From a virus, in IMG/VR virus record IMGVR_UViG_3300045107_000413, positions 32,001-96,000 of that record: a stretch of 64,000 nt of DNA. One strand, 5' to 3'. Made by a program: the position numbers and the translations under genes. Under the pieces are notes generated by a model. It made no database searches and was not told the DNA's origin. It saw only the letters and a list, made by a program, of their open reading frames with translations. Positions 9,745-19,831 of this stretch are shown here, in pieces. How positions within the stretch are numbered: position 1 is the first letter of the stretch; each line of letters begins with the position of its first letter.

Positions 9745-10278
9745 CTAGACCCCGCGCCAGCCCTGAACCTCAATGCCTAACGCCCCTAACGGGCAAAGAT
9801 TGTCTCTCCAACTCCCAAAGTGGTAAATATTCGTGTGCCACTTGAAGAGGTGCGGCTTACCCGTATCAGGGCGGTAATCCCACACGAAGCACTCCGCTTC
9901 CCCACGCGCTTTGTCCAGCACCCGCCCGATGCACTGAAACTCCATGCCGACGCCTGACGCCCCTAGCATGTCCATCCCCTTTGTCTTGAACTGGAAGGGG
10001 ATGAGGTCGCTGGTGATTTCAAGGATAGCGACCCGCCCATCCGGGCAGTGCAGGCGCAGTTCCTTCATACGGTAGATGTCGCCGGTTGAGCAAAGGTCAA
10101 GCGCCCAATCCAGCTTACGGAGTCCTATCAGGCCGTCACGCACCAACTGATGCTCAGAGACTTCCCGAAAGAGCGTCGTGTTCTGGCGCGAAAGCCCTGC
10201 CTCAATCATGGCCGACCAGTAGGCAAGGCGGGGGTCTATCCTATCGGCTATTGTCTCAAGTGTCGTTGCCAGTCCCAT
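9745..10278 (-). CDS. Hypothetical protein
   Basis: ORF with RBS inside the tail region. Confidence 0.6.
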   Translation of the reverse strand: MGLATTLETIADRIDPRLAYWSAMIEAGLSRQNTTLFREVSEHQLVRDGLIGLRKLDWALDLCSTGDIYRMKELRLHCPDGRVAILEITSDLIPFQFKTKGMDMLGASGVGMEFQCIGRVLDKARGEAECFVWDYRPDTGKPHLFKWHTNIYHFGSWRDNLCPLGALGIEVQGWRGV

Positions 10279-10302
10279 GCCCTATCCTCTTCCCGTCAAT
10301 GC

Positions 10303-10331
10303 TTGACAAATATAGCCAAATGTACTAAAAT
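10303..10331 (+). promoter_or_regulatory. Sigma70-type promoter
   Basis: TTGACA-N17-TAAAAT. Confidence 0.65.
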
Positions 10332-10383
10332 GTAGACACTCATCCATATGATAGCGATGAGCAAGCAAAGGAGAAATGAACAC

Positions 10384-10881
10384 ATGCCACCGTTTGAGAA
10401 GCCCATCTCTATTCGCACATTTGCCGATATGGTGGGTGTATCCCCACGCACCTTGCAGCGATGGGACAAGGAAGGGATACTGAAAGCCCATCGCGGCCCG
10501 ACGAACCGCCGCTACTACACACAGTCCCAACTTGAGGAAGCCATGTCTCACGTTTCGTTTCGTGTAGAGCAGGTGGGAGAAGTCTTTGTTGATGCAGGGC
10601 TTGTCTGGATTGGCGACCCCTGCTACTTTCTGCCAGAAGAGGGCGACTTGACACCACGCCCGGTAGAGAAGGAAGTGGGCAACTGGCAACAGTTCTGTGA
10701 GAAGATTGAGAAGACGCCCTATCCCCACCGCTACAACTTCGGCGGTCTGGGTGTCGCTGTCACTTCTGGCATGGGAGACGGCATCTACCCCGTCTTTGCC
10801 ACCTTCAACAAGGCAGGACAGGTTACGTCTGTCACCGTGCAATTTCTGGATGAAGATGAGGACGGGGAAGAAGAGGAGTAA
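10384..10881 (+). CDS. MerR/IS607-type HTH fused to an acidic C-terminal domain
   Basis: ISIRTFADMVGVSPRTLQRWDKEG...RRYY, then VDAGLVWIGDPCY...SGMGDGIYPV. Confidence 0.65.
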   Translation: MPPFEKPISIRTFADMVGVSPRTLQRWDKEGILKAHRGPTNRRYYTQSQLEEAMSHVSFRVEQVGEVFVDAGLVWIGDPCYFLPEEGDLTPRPVEKEVGNWQQFCEKIEKTPYPHRYNFGGLGVAVTSGMGDGIYPVFATFNKAGQVTSVTVQFLDEDEDGEEEE

Positions 10882-10920
10882 CCCTGCCTCCCATGCTACT
10901 CTCTGCATAGAACTTCCCTG

Positions 10921-10955
10921 TATCACCCCTGCAATACGGTATTGCAGGGGTGATA
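10921..10955. terminator. 17-bp perfect inverted repeat between convergent genes
   Basis: tatcacccctgcaatac-g-gtattgcaggggtgata. Confidence 0.65.
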
Positions 10956-10965
10956 GTATATTCTA

Positions 10966-11950
10966 CTAGACATAACTGTACGTGAAGGTTATTACCGGTT
11001 GAAGGGTGCCACGCATTGTTACTCGCCTTTGCAGGCGGGGTACGTCATTTCTGCGTACCTCCTGTAGTTCCCTACAGGCTCAGACTGTTGCTCCATCCTG
11101 ACGGCATTGTCAGGAGCCTCTCACTCAGTCGTTACGGCTGCCTTGACTTCCTTGTCATGCTTGCCACGGCGTTATCCACTTCTCTCAGTTGGGACGTTCA
11201 CCGTTCTCAGAGAGGTTCTTCGACAGGGATTACTCCCTGAAGGCCCTAGCAGTTAAGGCTCATCCCAGGCCCGGTAAACAAAATCAGGGTAAAGAACATC
11301 TTGCCTGCGGTGGTCGCGGCAGGCGTTCTGCGGTGTGTCACATACGCCTGGACACCTTGCAAATCCTGCCACGTGGTCAGCCATGCTGCCGCACCCGGTG
11401 AGACGCTCCCCGCTGCGTTGCGCGTGGTGGCTGTTGGCAGCGTCCCCACGCTGCCTGCCGTCGGGTTGCCCGTCTGGTCATCCCCATACTCGTTGAACTT
11501 GAGGTAGGAGGTGATCGTGCTGGTACCGGTATCCGGGTTCTGCCCGTTCACGATGGGGGAACCACTTTGCCCGCCCGGCTGTGTGCCAGCAGAGGGGGCC
11601 TGGTGCGTGTTATCCCCGTAGGCCGTAAACGTCGGTGCGGTGGCAAAGGTACCGGTGTTGTCAAAGTCAATACAAAGAACATTGGCCTTCGTGTTGTCCC
11701 CTGTGTAGGTGGCAACCTTTGTTCCCGATGCATCGCTTGAGAACGCCCACAACTCTGGCACTGAGCCGGTAGAGGCAGGGCGGCTATACTGCGGCCAGTT
11801 GGCAGAGGCGGTACCGCCCGCGCCCGCGCCACTTGCGCACCAACGAATCTCGTTGGCCCCGGCAGAGCCGCCGAATGCCAACGCATTCCAGGTGGGACTC
11901 GCATCCGTGTTACTATTATACATGGGACGTATCGTAGTAAAATCTGACAT
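10966..11950 (-). CDS. Putative virion protein split by an intron (exons 11950-11256 and 11011-10966; 246 aa spliced)
   Basis: Removing 11012-11255 restores GPGMSL-GTLQPVITFTYSYV*. Confidence 0.72.
11012..11255 (-). ncRNA. Group I self-splicing intron, ORF-less, 244 nt
   Basis: P1 GCCU/GGGC with U.G at the 5' splice site; P10 UGCUA/UGGCA; P7 GACUG/CAGUC; terminal G; frame restored on removal. Confidence 0.85.
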
Positions 11951-12165
11951 TCTACTTATAATCCTTTCCGCTGTTTCCGTTCCCAGAAACAACTACTCCA
12001 CCCCTTCCGCTTTTCAGAGAGCGAGAAAGAATGCATACGCCGAGAGGGCATGTCGAGGAAAGGATTGAAGCACCTGAAGACAACGCCTGTTCCACCACCA
12101 CTTCACCACTTTCACCACATACGTCATCCCGTCGGCAAAGAAGAAGAGTTTCTACACTACTGAGA

Positions 12166-12810
12166 TTATACCATGTTCCCCGCCTGCGCGCTTTGCTCTG
12201 AGAGCGCCAGCGTCTCCGCAAGCGGGGCAAGGCGTGGCACGCCCTTGCGGTACTGTCCGTACTCCCGGTAGGCTAGCCACCCAAACCACAGCGCAGCAAA
12301 CACGTCATCCGGCATCTCCACGCCTGTCAGCCTCGGCACGGGCGGCATGGGCAACACCGGCGCAAACGGGGTGTTGCCGCGCTCATAGTGCAGAGCGTGC
12401 AAGAGCAGGTTATGCAAATGCCCGTAGCGCAAGCCGTAGGCCCACGTCACGCCCGCCTCATTTGTTATCGGGACGCAGCACTGCCAGACTTCCTTGAGGC
12501 TATAATCGGCTTTGAGGAAGGTCTGCACCCCGCACGTACAGCGCGGCAGGGCAATCACCGCACCCCGTCCACCTGTAGGCATCTCTTGCCGCGTGTCCTG
12601 CTTGCGCCCCCATGCTGGCACAAGGCGGAGAGCGGCGCGTCTGGCACGCCGGACGATCCCCCTGCCCGGTACGGGGGACTCTCCTGCATGCAGAAAGCGC
12701 GTCTCTGCGATATGGGCCGCTTTCTCCTCTCCACAAGAAAGCACTTCCCCGTCGCGGTCAGTGAGCATGCATGTCCAGTGCAGCGTGTCCTCTTCTATCG
12801 CTGTGAGCAT
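12166..12810 (-). CDS. Hypothetical protein
   Basis: ORF with AAGGAGG RBS. Confidence 0.55.
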   Translation of the reverse strand: MLTAIEEDTLHWTCMLTDRDGEVLSCGEEKAAHIAETRFLHAGESPVPGRGIVRRARRAALRLVPAWGRKQDTRQEMPTGGRGAVIALPRCTCGVQTFLKADYSLKEVWQCCVPITNEAGVTWAYGLRYGHLHNLLLHALHYERGNTPFAPVLPMPPVPRLTGVEMPDDVFAALWFGWLAYREYGQYRKGVPRLAPLAETLALSEQSAQAGNMV

Positions 12811-12832
12811 AGTTCCCTCCTTATGGATGAGC

Positions 12833-13261
12833 TTAGAAGTTGGCAGTCCAGTTGCCCCCAACCGTTGCATTGTTCGTTGCCCCCGTCGAGGTAGTGTTCA
12901 CCTGGAAGCCGTACTGATTGAGGTGCGCCGTCGTCGGGTTATTGCAGTTGGTTGCCCCGCCGATGCTCTGGTCAAGGGAGACGGAGCCGGGGGCATTGCC
13001 TTTGGAAAGGGTGTTCAGCCAGAGCGAGACGAACCAGGACGCGCCGCCGCAGCCCTGTGAGAGCAAATACGAGCCGTGTTCCTGTTGCCCATTGGAGCGT
13101 GAGAGTTGCCCATTGATGGAGGAAATATCACTCGTATTGGTCGTAATATTGCTGCTGTTGGTCGTAATATTACTGGTGTTCGTATTCGTCTGCGTAATGT
13201 GAGCGTTCACATCTGTTGCCATAATTTGTTGCCCCGCCTGCACGCTTGAAATGGTTGCCAT
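12833..13261 (-). CDS. Small tail-tip/fibre protein
   Basis: T/N/S-rich coiled segment; C-terminal domain paralogous to 13286-13630. Confidence 0.6.
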   Translation of the reverse strand: MATISSVQAGQQIMATDVNAHITQTNTNTSNITTNSSNITTNTSDISSINGQLSRSNGQQEHGSYLLSQGCGGASWFVSLWLNTLSKGNAPGSVSLDQSIGGATNCNNPTTAHLNQYGFQVNTTSTGATNNATVGGNWTANF

Positions 13262-13285
13262 GCTTTCCCCTCCCTATGGATGAGT

Positions 13286-13630
13286 TTAATAGGCGATACT
13301 ATATGACCCGCCACACATCACCGTATTGGCGCTTTGCGTGGATGTTGTAGCGACGCGAAAGCCGTTGGATGTGAGATGATCGGCGGTCGGGCTGGCGCAG
13401 TTGGAGGGGGCCTGGTCGCTTGTGTCAATCGAGACCGAGCCGCCCGGCGTGCTGTTGCGTGAGAGGCTATTCACATACTCCCCGAAGGACTGCGAGGCCC
13501 CTGATGCGCTCTGCGTCAAAAAGTATTTGCCCGTCTCCTGACTTCCCGCTGGCCGCTGCAATACCTGCACTATCTGGTTAATGTCAGCGGCATTAATGGT
13601 AAAACCGGACTGTACTTGATAGAGTGGCAT
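13286..13630 (-). CDS. Small tail-tip protein
   Basis: Paralog of the neighbouring gene (GSVS.D.S...NC..PT..HL...GF.V.TTST). Confidence 0.6.
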   Translation of the reverse strand: MPLYQVQSGFTINAADINQIVQVLQRPAGSQETGKYFLTQSASGASQSFGEYVNSLSRNSTPGGSVSIDTSDQAPSNCASPTADHLTSNGFRVATTSTQSANTVMCGGSYSIAY

Positions 13631-13641
13631 GCTTCACCTTT

Positions 13642-14484
13642 CTATATAAGATTTATTATATAATCACAGCTTATGGGAAACGCCCCCTTTGTATAGGAGA
13701 ACAGCACGTGCGTACAGAGCGTCCCTGAATTGGCGGTGGATGAGGCACTCCCGCCGAAGAGGCCACTTTCCGTCATGACTACCTGCGCATTGGCTGCCGT
13801 CAGTTGGAAGTTGATGTCTACCTGCGACCCCTGTACCGTGTTGGCGCTCTGGAGTACGCGAAACACTTCATTCACTAACTGCGTATCGGTTGGTGAGGTG
13901 GCCTGAAGCGCGCCTGTGCCGATAGCCAGGTACTTACCGAAAGCAGAGGCATTGCCATTGGTGGCCCCCAGGTACGAGAGGGCGAAGCCACGGCCCTGAA
14001 CCATCAGTTGATTGCGCGCTTCCAGCACGGTGTAGCGTTCTTTCTCTTTTTCTGAGATACGCGGCTTTTGCAGCATGCGCCCCTGCTCGTCTCGCTCCCC
14101 GCACCAGTATTTCAGGTAGTCCGCCTCTGACCACTCTTCTGGGAGTTCCCGTATGCGTAGGAGTCCGCACACCCCTATCGTCTCTTCCAGCCCGCGCAGC
14201 CGCTCGGTACGCAAAAAGACATGCACGCGCCCCCTATACTTCTCTGCTTGCTCCATGTGGGGATTGACCCGCGCCGTCTGCACATCCTCCCACCGCTCAG
14301 GAGCGCGCGCGCCGTCAAGGGGGCCGCTACTGGTACGCACCTCAGTGCGGTGACTCACAGCGCGCCCCTGCCGGTCTAGCAGGTGCGTGACGCGAATCCA
14401 GTAGTAGCCAAGTGCGACGGCGCGTTCAATGTCTTCTTCTGGATAGGGAAGGGTGCTATCAGGGATGGATAGAGTGCTTAACAT
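13642..14484 (-). CDS. Tail/baseplate-associated protein (start uncertain)
   Basis: C-terminal YLAIGTG...SPTDTQLVNEVFR...TESGLFGG phage tail-type motif. Confidence 0.6.
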   Translation of the reverse strand: MLSTLSIPDSTLPYPEEDIERAVALGYYWIRVTHLLDRQGRAVSHRTEVRTSSGPLDGARAPERWEDVQTARVNPHMEQAEKYRGRVHVFLRTERLRGLEETIGVCGLLRIRELPEEWSEADYLKYWCGERDEQGRMLQKPRISEKEKERYTVLEARNQLMVQGRGFALSYLGATNGNASAFGKYLAIGTGALQATSPTDTQLVNEVFRVLQSANTVQGSQVDINFQLTAANAQVVMTESGLFGGSASSTANSGTLCTHVLFSYTKGAFPISCDYIINLI

Positions 14485-14513
14485 GGTATCACCTCTGGTG
14501 TATACTGCTCATA

Positions 14514-14610
14514 GCGGCTGTAGCTTAAATGTGGCATGGGAGTTGGCCGCTCATGCCTGAAGGGGAGAGCGCACGAGAGTGAGGTGCAGGTTCGATTCCT
14601 GTCAGTCGTG
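14514..14610 (+). ncRNA. Aberrant tRNA-like RNA with expanded D-loop and shrunken anticodon arm
   Basis: GCGGCTG/CAGTCGT acceptor, TA-GCTT..GAGC D stem, CAC-GAGA-GTG hairpin, GCAGG-TTCGATT-CCTGT T arm; TATACT -10 at 14501-14506. Confidence 0.6.
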
Positions 14611-14638
14611 GTCAACAAAACAGCATAGAATTTCCTCA

Positions 14639-17600
14639 TCATTGATACCCCACCAGTGGACTGCCATACGTCGCCTGTGCTGAGCCATACGCTGCCGCCG
14701 GTATGCCGCCGATGCCCGTAGTGCCTGTGACCGTGACCGCCACGCTGTCCCGAAAATTCACCGTCTCCGTTGCCATCAGGTCAATGCTAGGCGCGGGCGC
14801 AGTCACCGGCCCGTAGTAGGAGGCCGTTGAGCCGCCGCCCGTCGTGCTGCTCACCTGCATACGCAAGAGCGTGGTGAGGATATTCGTCAACTCCGGGTTG
14901 AAGGCCCCCAGGTCGCACTGGCACTCATAGAGGGCTTGCCCAAGCGAGATGAAGCCCTTCAACACCAGCGTCACCTTCTGGATGATGAAGGACACGCGAA
15001 AGAAACTGTCCGTGCGCGACGTGAAGTAGACGGTATAGCCGGGGGTCATGAACTGGTTGGTAGAGAGGTGGATAATCGGGCGGGAGTAGCCGTATTCGCC
15101 TGCCTCGCCAATCCCCGCGTCAATGGCCGCCTGCACAGATGCTAAGGCGCTGTTATTCACCTGCCGCCAGAACATGCCAGAACTACCGAGGCGCTGGCTG
15201 TAAATGGCAACACTCTGCGCGTCAATCACAATGGCTGCGATCCCTGATGCCCCCGTCACATAGATGGCATTGCCGAGTTGCGTCCCGTCAATGTCACGGG
15301 TGTAGTCATAATACGCAAAGCTCACGATGTCATCCGGGGTATCGGATAACTCGAAGTTCAGCGTATTGTACCCCGGCGGCTGGTAGAAGATCGTCCAGTA
15401 ACTATCTACCCCGTAGATGTAGTTGGAGTTGGTCGCCAGCGCATCAAAGGCATCACGCGCCGTGCCGTTGTACTGGTAGGAGAGCGTATTCTGGAAGCCG
15501 TTGGTGGATGCGACATTCGCCGTTGAGAACACGCCGCTAAAATACTTGCTCACGATGCTCGTGATGATGCTGCTATCCGACTGGTTTGTCCACGTGTCAT
15601 TGAGTATCTGCTTTTGCAGCAGCCACGCATAGCCGGAGACCGTGACCGCCCACTGCCGGTTCGGCCCGATATGCGCCCCGGCAGTGGCTTTGGTGATGAC
15701 GCCGCCAAAGAGGCGCAACTGGCGGATGGCCGTGCCGTTGGGAAGCGCCACGCAGTTCTCTTGCCCGGCGGCGCACCAGGGCGTGGGGTAGGCAAGCTGG
15801 TAGTTCTTGCCTTGCGCAAAGGTCATGGGTTCGAGCATCGCCTGGGTAAAGGTGACGCTGCCGCTATTGGTTGCCCCCGTTGCCGTTGCCAGCAGTTGCG
15901 CTTGCAGGGCGGCTGCCCCTGCTGGCACGCTGACCTGCACGCTGTAGCGCGTCGCGGTGGCGCTCACCGGGGTCGGGCCGTCAAAGCGGACGCTTGAGAG
16001 TTGATTGCCGTACTGGTCAAGCAGGAAGACGCGCAGGGAGGCGGAGAGATTGACCGGGGACGCCCCCTGCACGGTGGCACTCAGCATGTAGGACTGACCT
16101 GCGACGATCATGCCGTTTTGCGTGGTCTGCGTCAGGTAGCCCACGTTGCCATTTGCCGCGTTCGCAAAGGTGATTTTGCCGCCGCCCCCGCTACTCTGGC
16201 TGTAGGAGATGCCCGTCTGGGCTGCGCGCGCGCTCCAGGCCGTCGTGTAGGGATTGAGCGCCGGGTTGAGCAAGAGGTTATGCGTCGGCTCCGGGATTTG
16301 TCCCGCATCCACAAACACCACCTCTTGCAGTTCAGAGAGCGGGATATGGGAGGGGTCATCTTGCAGGGTAAAGCTAAAGGTCGGGATAGGGTCGGATGCC
16401 GTGCGCTCCACGGAGATGCTCTCCTGCAAGAGCGTGGGGTAGAGGACGTCGTTGATAAGCAAAAACACCGGCCCCGGCGTCTGCGTGATGACGGGCGGGG
16501 TAGGCGTCGCGGCAACGAGCGCCAGGCCGTAGGCATAGTGGGATTGCACCGCCGTTGCCGATAAGCCTTTCGCGTAGATCGCGCACTCATCGAGGGTGCC
16601 GGGGAAGAAATCACTTCCCTTCTGCGGGTCATAGCCGAGGGAGAGCGTGCTTCCTGTGTCGTCAATTTGCCCCGTGACCTTGCCCGTCGTGCCGTTTGCT
16701 TGCCCGTTCACATAGAGCGTGATGGTGGTGCCGTCCCAGGTGGCAGCCACATAGTACCACACCCCTGCCTGGAAGGTCTGCGAGAAGGTGGCCTGCCCCC
16801 ACCTGTCTCCCTCCACGCCCACCGCACAGCCGCCGCCAGAGCCGCCTGCCCCAATCCAGAAGTCGATGCCGTCCCCGGAGTTGGTGGGCGTGGTTCCCGT
16901 TGCCCACAGCGTTGCCTTGTGGCTAAAGGTGTTGTTGGCAAGCTTCACCCAGGCTTCCAGCGTGAGCTTGTTCCAGCCGACCGGGGATGGCCCACTGCTA
17001 CAGACGAGGTGGGAGGAGGTGCCGTTGAAGAGGTAGGCCGTGTCGCTATCCCCTGCGAGCGCCCCCGCCTGGGAGTAGGTGATGCCCGTGCAAGTGGCCG
17101 TATTGTTGTTGCCGGAGGAGTCATGGGCGTTGCCTGACGCCTCATCCATGCGGTAGTACGCCTGCGGGCCGTCCTTCAAGATACCGGTCGCGTAGGGGAT
17201 GAAGGTGCCGGGCGTGCCACTACCGCCCCCGCCGCTGCCTGTGCCGCCACTGCTGCTCGTCCAGGTGGGGTACTGCTGCGCGTAGGCGCAAATCATGCCA
17301 TACGTTGGCTCGAAGGTGAAGACGCCGCCAATGGTCTGCGTGACGGACTTTACGGCCTGCGACTGCGCCGGGTTGGTCGTCGTGGTCACGGTATTGAACT
17401 GCGCGTTATCGGTGAAGATGAAGCCATATGTCGCCCCGCCTGCGCGCAGGGCGTCCAGCATGGCTTTGCTGTAGGTGGACTGCACGGCTGTACTGACGGG
17501 CGTCTGTGTGGTCTGCGCGTACACCTGGATACCGGAGGCATGCGTTGAGGCAGGTGTCCAGGGGGAGACGGCGACTGTCCCATTCTGAGAGCCTAATGGA

Positions 17601-19684
17601 TTGGTGGTAATGGGGAGCGTCGTAGCGTTCTTGGCAATCGTCCCGTAGGCATACACCTTTTCCGTCACGCCGGTGTTGCTGTAATCCACAAAGATGGGCG
17701 TGCCATCGCTGATGGAGGCAGGATGGGTGTAGGCGCTGCTCACGGCGAGACTGCTGTAGGCCGTGCCTGCGCTATAGGTCGCAGTCGTTGTGGTGAGTGC
17801 GCCGCCCCCGTCATCATAAATCGACCAGCCAAACTCGGCGCAGGAGAGGAGCGGATTAATCGAGTTGGCAGCAAAGATGGCCTGCAAGTCGAGGAGTTCC
17901 TGCGCGACACTTGGCGCGTTGATTTGTGATTGCGCGGCATCGGCAAAGGTAGATTTCGTCGGGTCTTGTTGCAGCGTCACCGTCCCATCCGGGTTGACGG
18001 TCGTCGTGCCATCTCTATAGTAGTGGAAGTCGACGCCTAAGAGCGTTCCCCCGGAGGCCGCCACCTGGCTGACCAGCCCCGTCATCCAGTTCTGGATATG
18101 CGCGCGCCCCGTCACGGCTGTCTTGCGCACCGCGCAGGCAAAAACCGGCGTTGCCGCGCAGCCCGGCACCGCCGCAATCGCTTGCTGCACCGCCACATAG
18201 GTAGGGGCTAAGATCGCCCCGCCGTTGTCCCACGTGCTGCTCATGTCCCAGGAGGCAGGCGAGCCGCCTGAGGTGTTGTAACTGCCTTGCCCCTGCACGC
18301 GCTGCTGGATGTCGGCGTTCTCGTTGTAGACCTGATAATTCTCGACGGTGCCAAAGCCGGTTTGCCCGTTGTAGCGCGTCGCCACGAGCGTCGCAAAGGC
18401 TACCATATCGGCTGTTGCCACCAGTTGCCCCGTCGCCTGCGTCGCCTCCCGCACCGGCTCGCCGGGGGAGTGCGTGTTGACCGGGTTCCAGCCGACCTGA
18501 CTGCTCTTCGAGGTGGAGATGCCGATAGAGGTTGCGCCCGCCGTGTAGGTATGGTTCGGGTTCCAGATAAATACCGTCTCGGCTGATGCTAAGCCCCAAC
18601 CAACCTGAATTTGATAGCCATGTGGCAGGTAGGCCCCGGCAGGCAGCGCGCTAATCGAGAGGTTGGTGTAGGCGGTGCCGTGCGTGTAGGTGCCATTGAG
18701 CGTCGCATTGGAGCCAAAGGCATCAAGGGTGAGTCGCCACGACGGGGCGTTGTCAAAGGCGAACCAGAAGCGAATGCCGGAGTAGTTGCACTTCTGCACG
18801 TGGTCATCCATCACGCCCCAGTCATAGAAGCCCTGGTAGGGTTCAATCGGCCCCCACTGCAACTGATCGCGCAGGGTCGGACTGGTGGTACTCGTCTTCC
18901 AGCCGGTGCTGCTGACGGAGTTCGGCCCCACCATATCGGTAATGAGTTGGGCGGGAAGGGGCGGCGGCGTCTTGGCGGTAAACCACGTGTTGCCGTATGG
19001 GCCTGCGGCAAGCGTGTTGTAGGCAGGCACGGTCGCAGGCGGCGGGTTATCGGTAACCGTGAAATTGTCAAAGGTCGCGCTTTGCCCGCTCGCAGTCGCC
19101 TGATAGAAGAGGCCGAAATTGCCAGGGCTGGTAAACGTCGTGTCAGCCACCTGTACCATCCAGCCCGCTGGTTCCCCTGAAGGGGTACTCCCTGCGCCCG
19201 CATTGGGGTCGGCCCAGAAGTTGCCCTTGACGTTGTTATTGTCATTGGGGTTATCCCCGAAGCCGCGAATACGCAAGTGCAGCCAGTAGTAGGTAGAGGC
19301 GGCAAAGGTGACAGTCGCGGTTTTGAGGCTTGTCGCGCTCGTGTTGTCTTTGATGAGGGAAAGCGTACTGCCTGTCACACTGAGGCGGTAGTCCTTTGTT
19401 GCCCCTGTCGCGCGGGAGACGAGTCCGACCGTAACCGCCGTGTTGCTCACTAGCACGCGCACATAGAGGTCGGTATCGGTAAACTGATTGGTGCCAAGCC
19501 AGAAGACGTTAGCGGCGGTATCACCGCTCAGTTGCCCGCGCTTCTGCGATGCAGCGGTGATGATCGTGGGGGTAGAGGCCCCGCTTTGTTGCGCCCACGT
19601 TTGCCCGCCGGAGGAGGGGTTCCAGCCGCTCGTCTTGGTATTAGAAAAACTGTCCTGAGCGTAATTTTGCAGGGTGTAGGTCAT
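14639..19684 (-). CDS. Multidomain tail protein (glycoside-hydrolase-like, LamG-like, tail hub)
   Basis: QLQWGPIEPYQGFYDW / YQVYNE / AEFGW; YYRMDEASG...WYYVAATWDG...LYVNG...GTLDECAIY; follows the tape measure region. Confidence 0.75.
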   Translation of the reverse strand: MTYTLQNYAQDSFSNTKTSGWNPSSGGQTWAQQSGASTPTIITAASQKRGQLSGDTAANVFWLGTNQFTDTDLYVRVLVSNTAVTVGLVSRATGATKDYRLSVTGSTLSLIKDNTSATSLKTATVTFAASTYYWLHLRIRGFGDNPNDNNNVKGNFWADPNAGAGSTPSGEPAGWMVQVADTTFTSPGNFGLFYQATASGQSATFDNFTVTDNPPPATVPAYNTLAAGPYGNTWFTAKTPPPLPAQLITDMVGPNSVSSTGWKTSTTSPTLRDQLQWGPIEPYQGFYDWGVMDDHVQKCNYSGIRFWFAFDNAPSWRLTLDAFGSNATLNGTYTHGTAYTNLSISALPAGAYLPHGYQIQVGWGLASAETVFIWNPNHTYTAGATSIGISTSKSSQVGWNPVNTHSPGEPVREATQATGQLVATADMVAFATLVATRYNGQTGFGTVENYQVYNENADIQQRVQGQGSYNTSGGSPASWDMSSTWDNGGAILAPTYVAVQQAIAAVPGCAATPVFACAVRKTAVTGRAHIQNWMTGLVSQVAASGGTLLGVDFHYYRDGTTTVNPDGTVTLQQDPTKSTFADAAQSQINAPSVAQELLDLQAIFAANSINPLLSCAEFGWSIYDDGGGALTTTTATYSAGTAYSSLAVSSAYTHPASISDGTPIFVDYSNTGVTEKVYAYGTIAKNATTLPITTNPLGSQNGTVAVSPWTPASTHASGIQVYAQTTQTPVSTAVQSTYSKAMLDALRAGGATYGFIFTDNAQFNTVTTTTNPAQSQAVKSVTQTIGGVFTFEPTYGMICAYAQQYPTWTSSSGGTGSGGGGSGTPGTFIPYATGILKDGPQAYYRMDEASGNAHDSSGNNNTATCTGITYSQAGALAGDSDTAYLFNGTSSHLVCSSGPSPVGWNKLTLEAWVKLANNTFSHKATLWATGTTPTNSGDGIDFWIGAGGSGGGCAVGVEGDRWGQATFSQTFQAGVWYYVAATWDGTTITLYVNGQANGTTGKVTGQIDDTGSTLSLGYDPQKGSDFFPGTLDECAIYAKGLSATAVQSHYAYGLALVAATPTPPVITQTPGPVFLLINDVLYPTLLQESISVERTASDPIPTFSFTLQDDPSHIPLSELQEVVFVDAGQIPEPTHNLLLNPALNPYTTAWSARAAQTGISYSQSSGGGGKITFANAANGNVGYLTQTTQNGMIVAGQSYMLSATVQGASPVNLSASLRVFLLDQYGNQLSSVRFDGPTPVSATATRYSVQVSVPAGAAALQAQLLATATGATNSGSVTFTQAMLEPMTFAQGKNYQLAYPTPWCAAGQENCVALPNGTAIRQLRLFGGVITKATAGAHIGPNRQWAVTVSGYAWLLQKQILNDTWTNQSDSSIITSIVSKYFSGVFSTANVASTNGFQNTLSYQYNGTARDAFDALATNSNYIYGVDSYWTIFYQPPGYNTLNFELSDTPDDIVSFAYYDYTRDIDGTQLGNAIYVTGASGIAAIVIDAQSVAIYSQRLGSSGMFWRQVNNSALASVQAAIDAGIGEAGEYGYSRPIIHLSTNQFMTPGYTVYFTSRTDSFFRVSFIIQKVTLVLKGFISLGQALYECQCDLGAFNPELTNILTTLLRMQVSSTTGGGSTASYYGPVTAPAPSIDLMATETVNFRDSVAVTVTGTTGIGGIPAAAYGSAQATYGSPLVGYQ

Positions 19685-19831
19685 AGCACCCCCTTGAGAG
19701 AGATGCTACAATGAGCAAAAGCTCTTCCCGATTGGTGGAACTGGTACCACGTCTCACTTTGGATGAGAAGGTTGGAAGTTCGAGTCTTCCATCGGGAGGT
19801 ATCTTTGCAATCAGAGAAGGAGAAGGTATCC

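Noticed and set aside
10348-11255. IS607 element with TnpB/omega RNA
   Set aside because: No serine recombinase domain or TnpB; the structured region is explained as a group I intron
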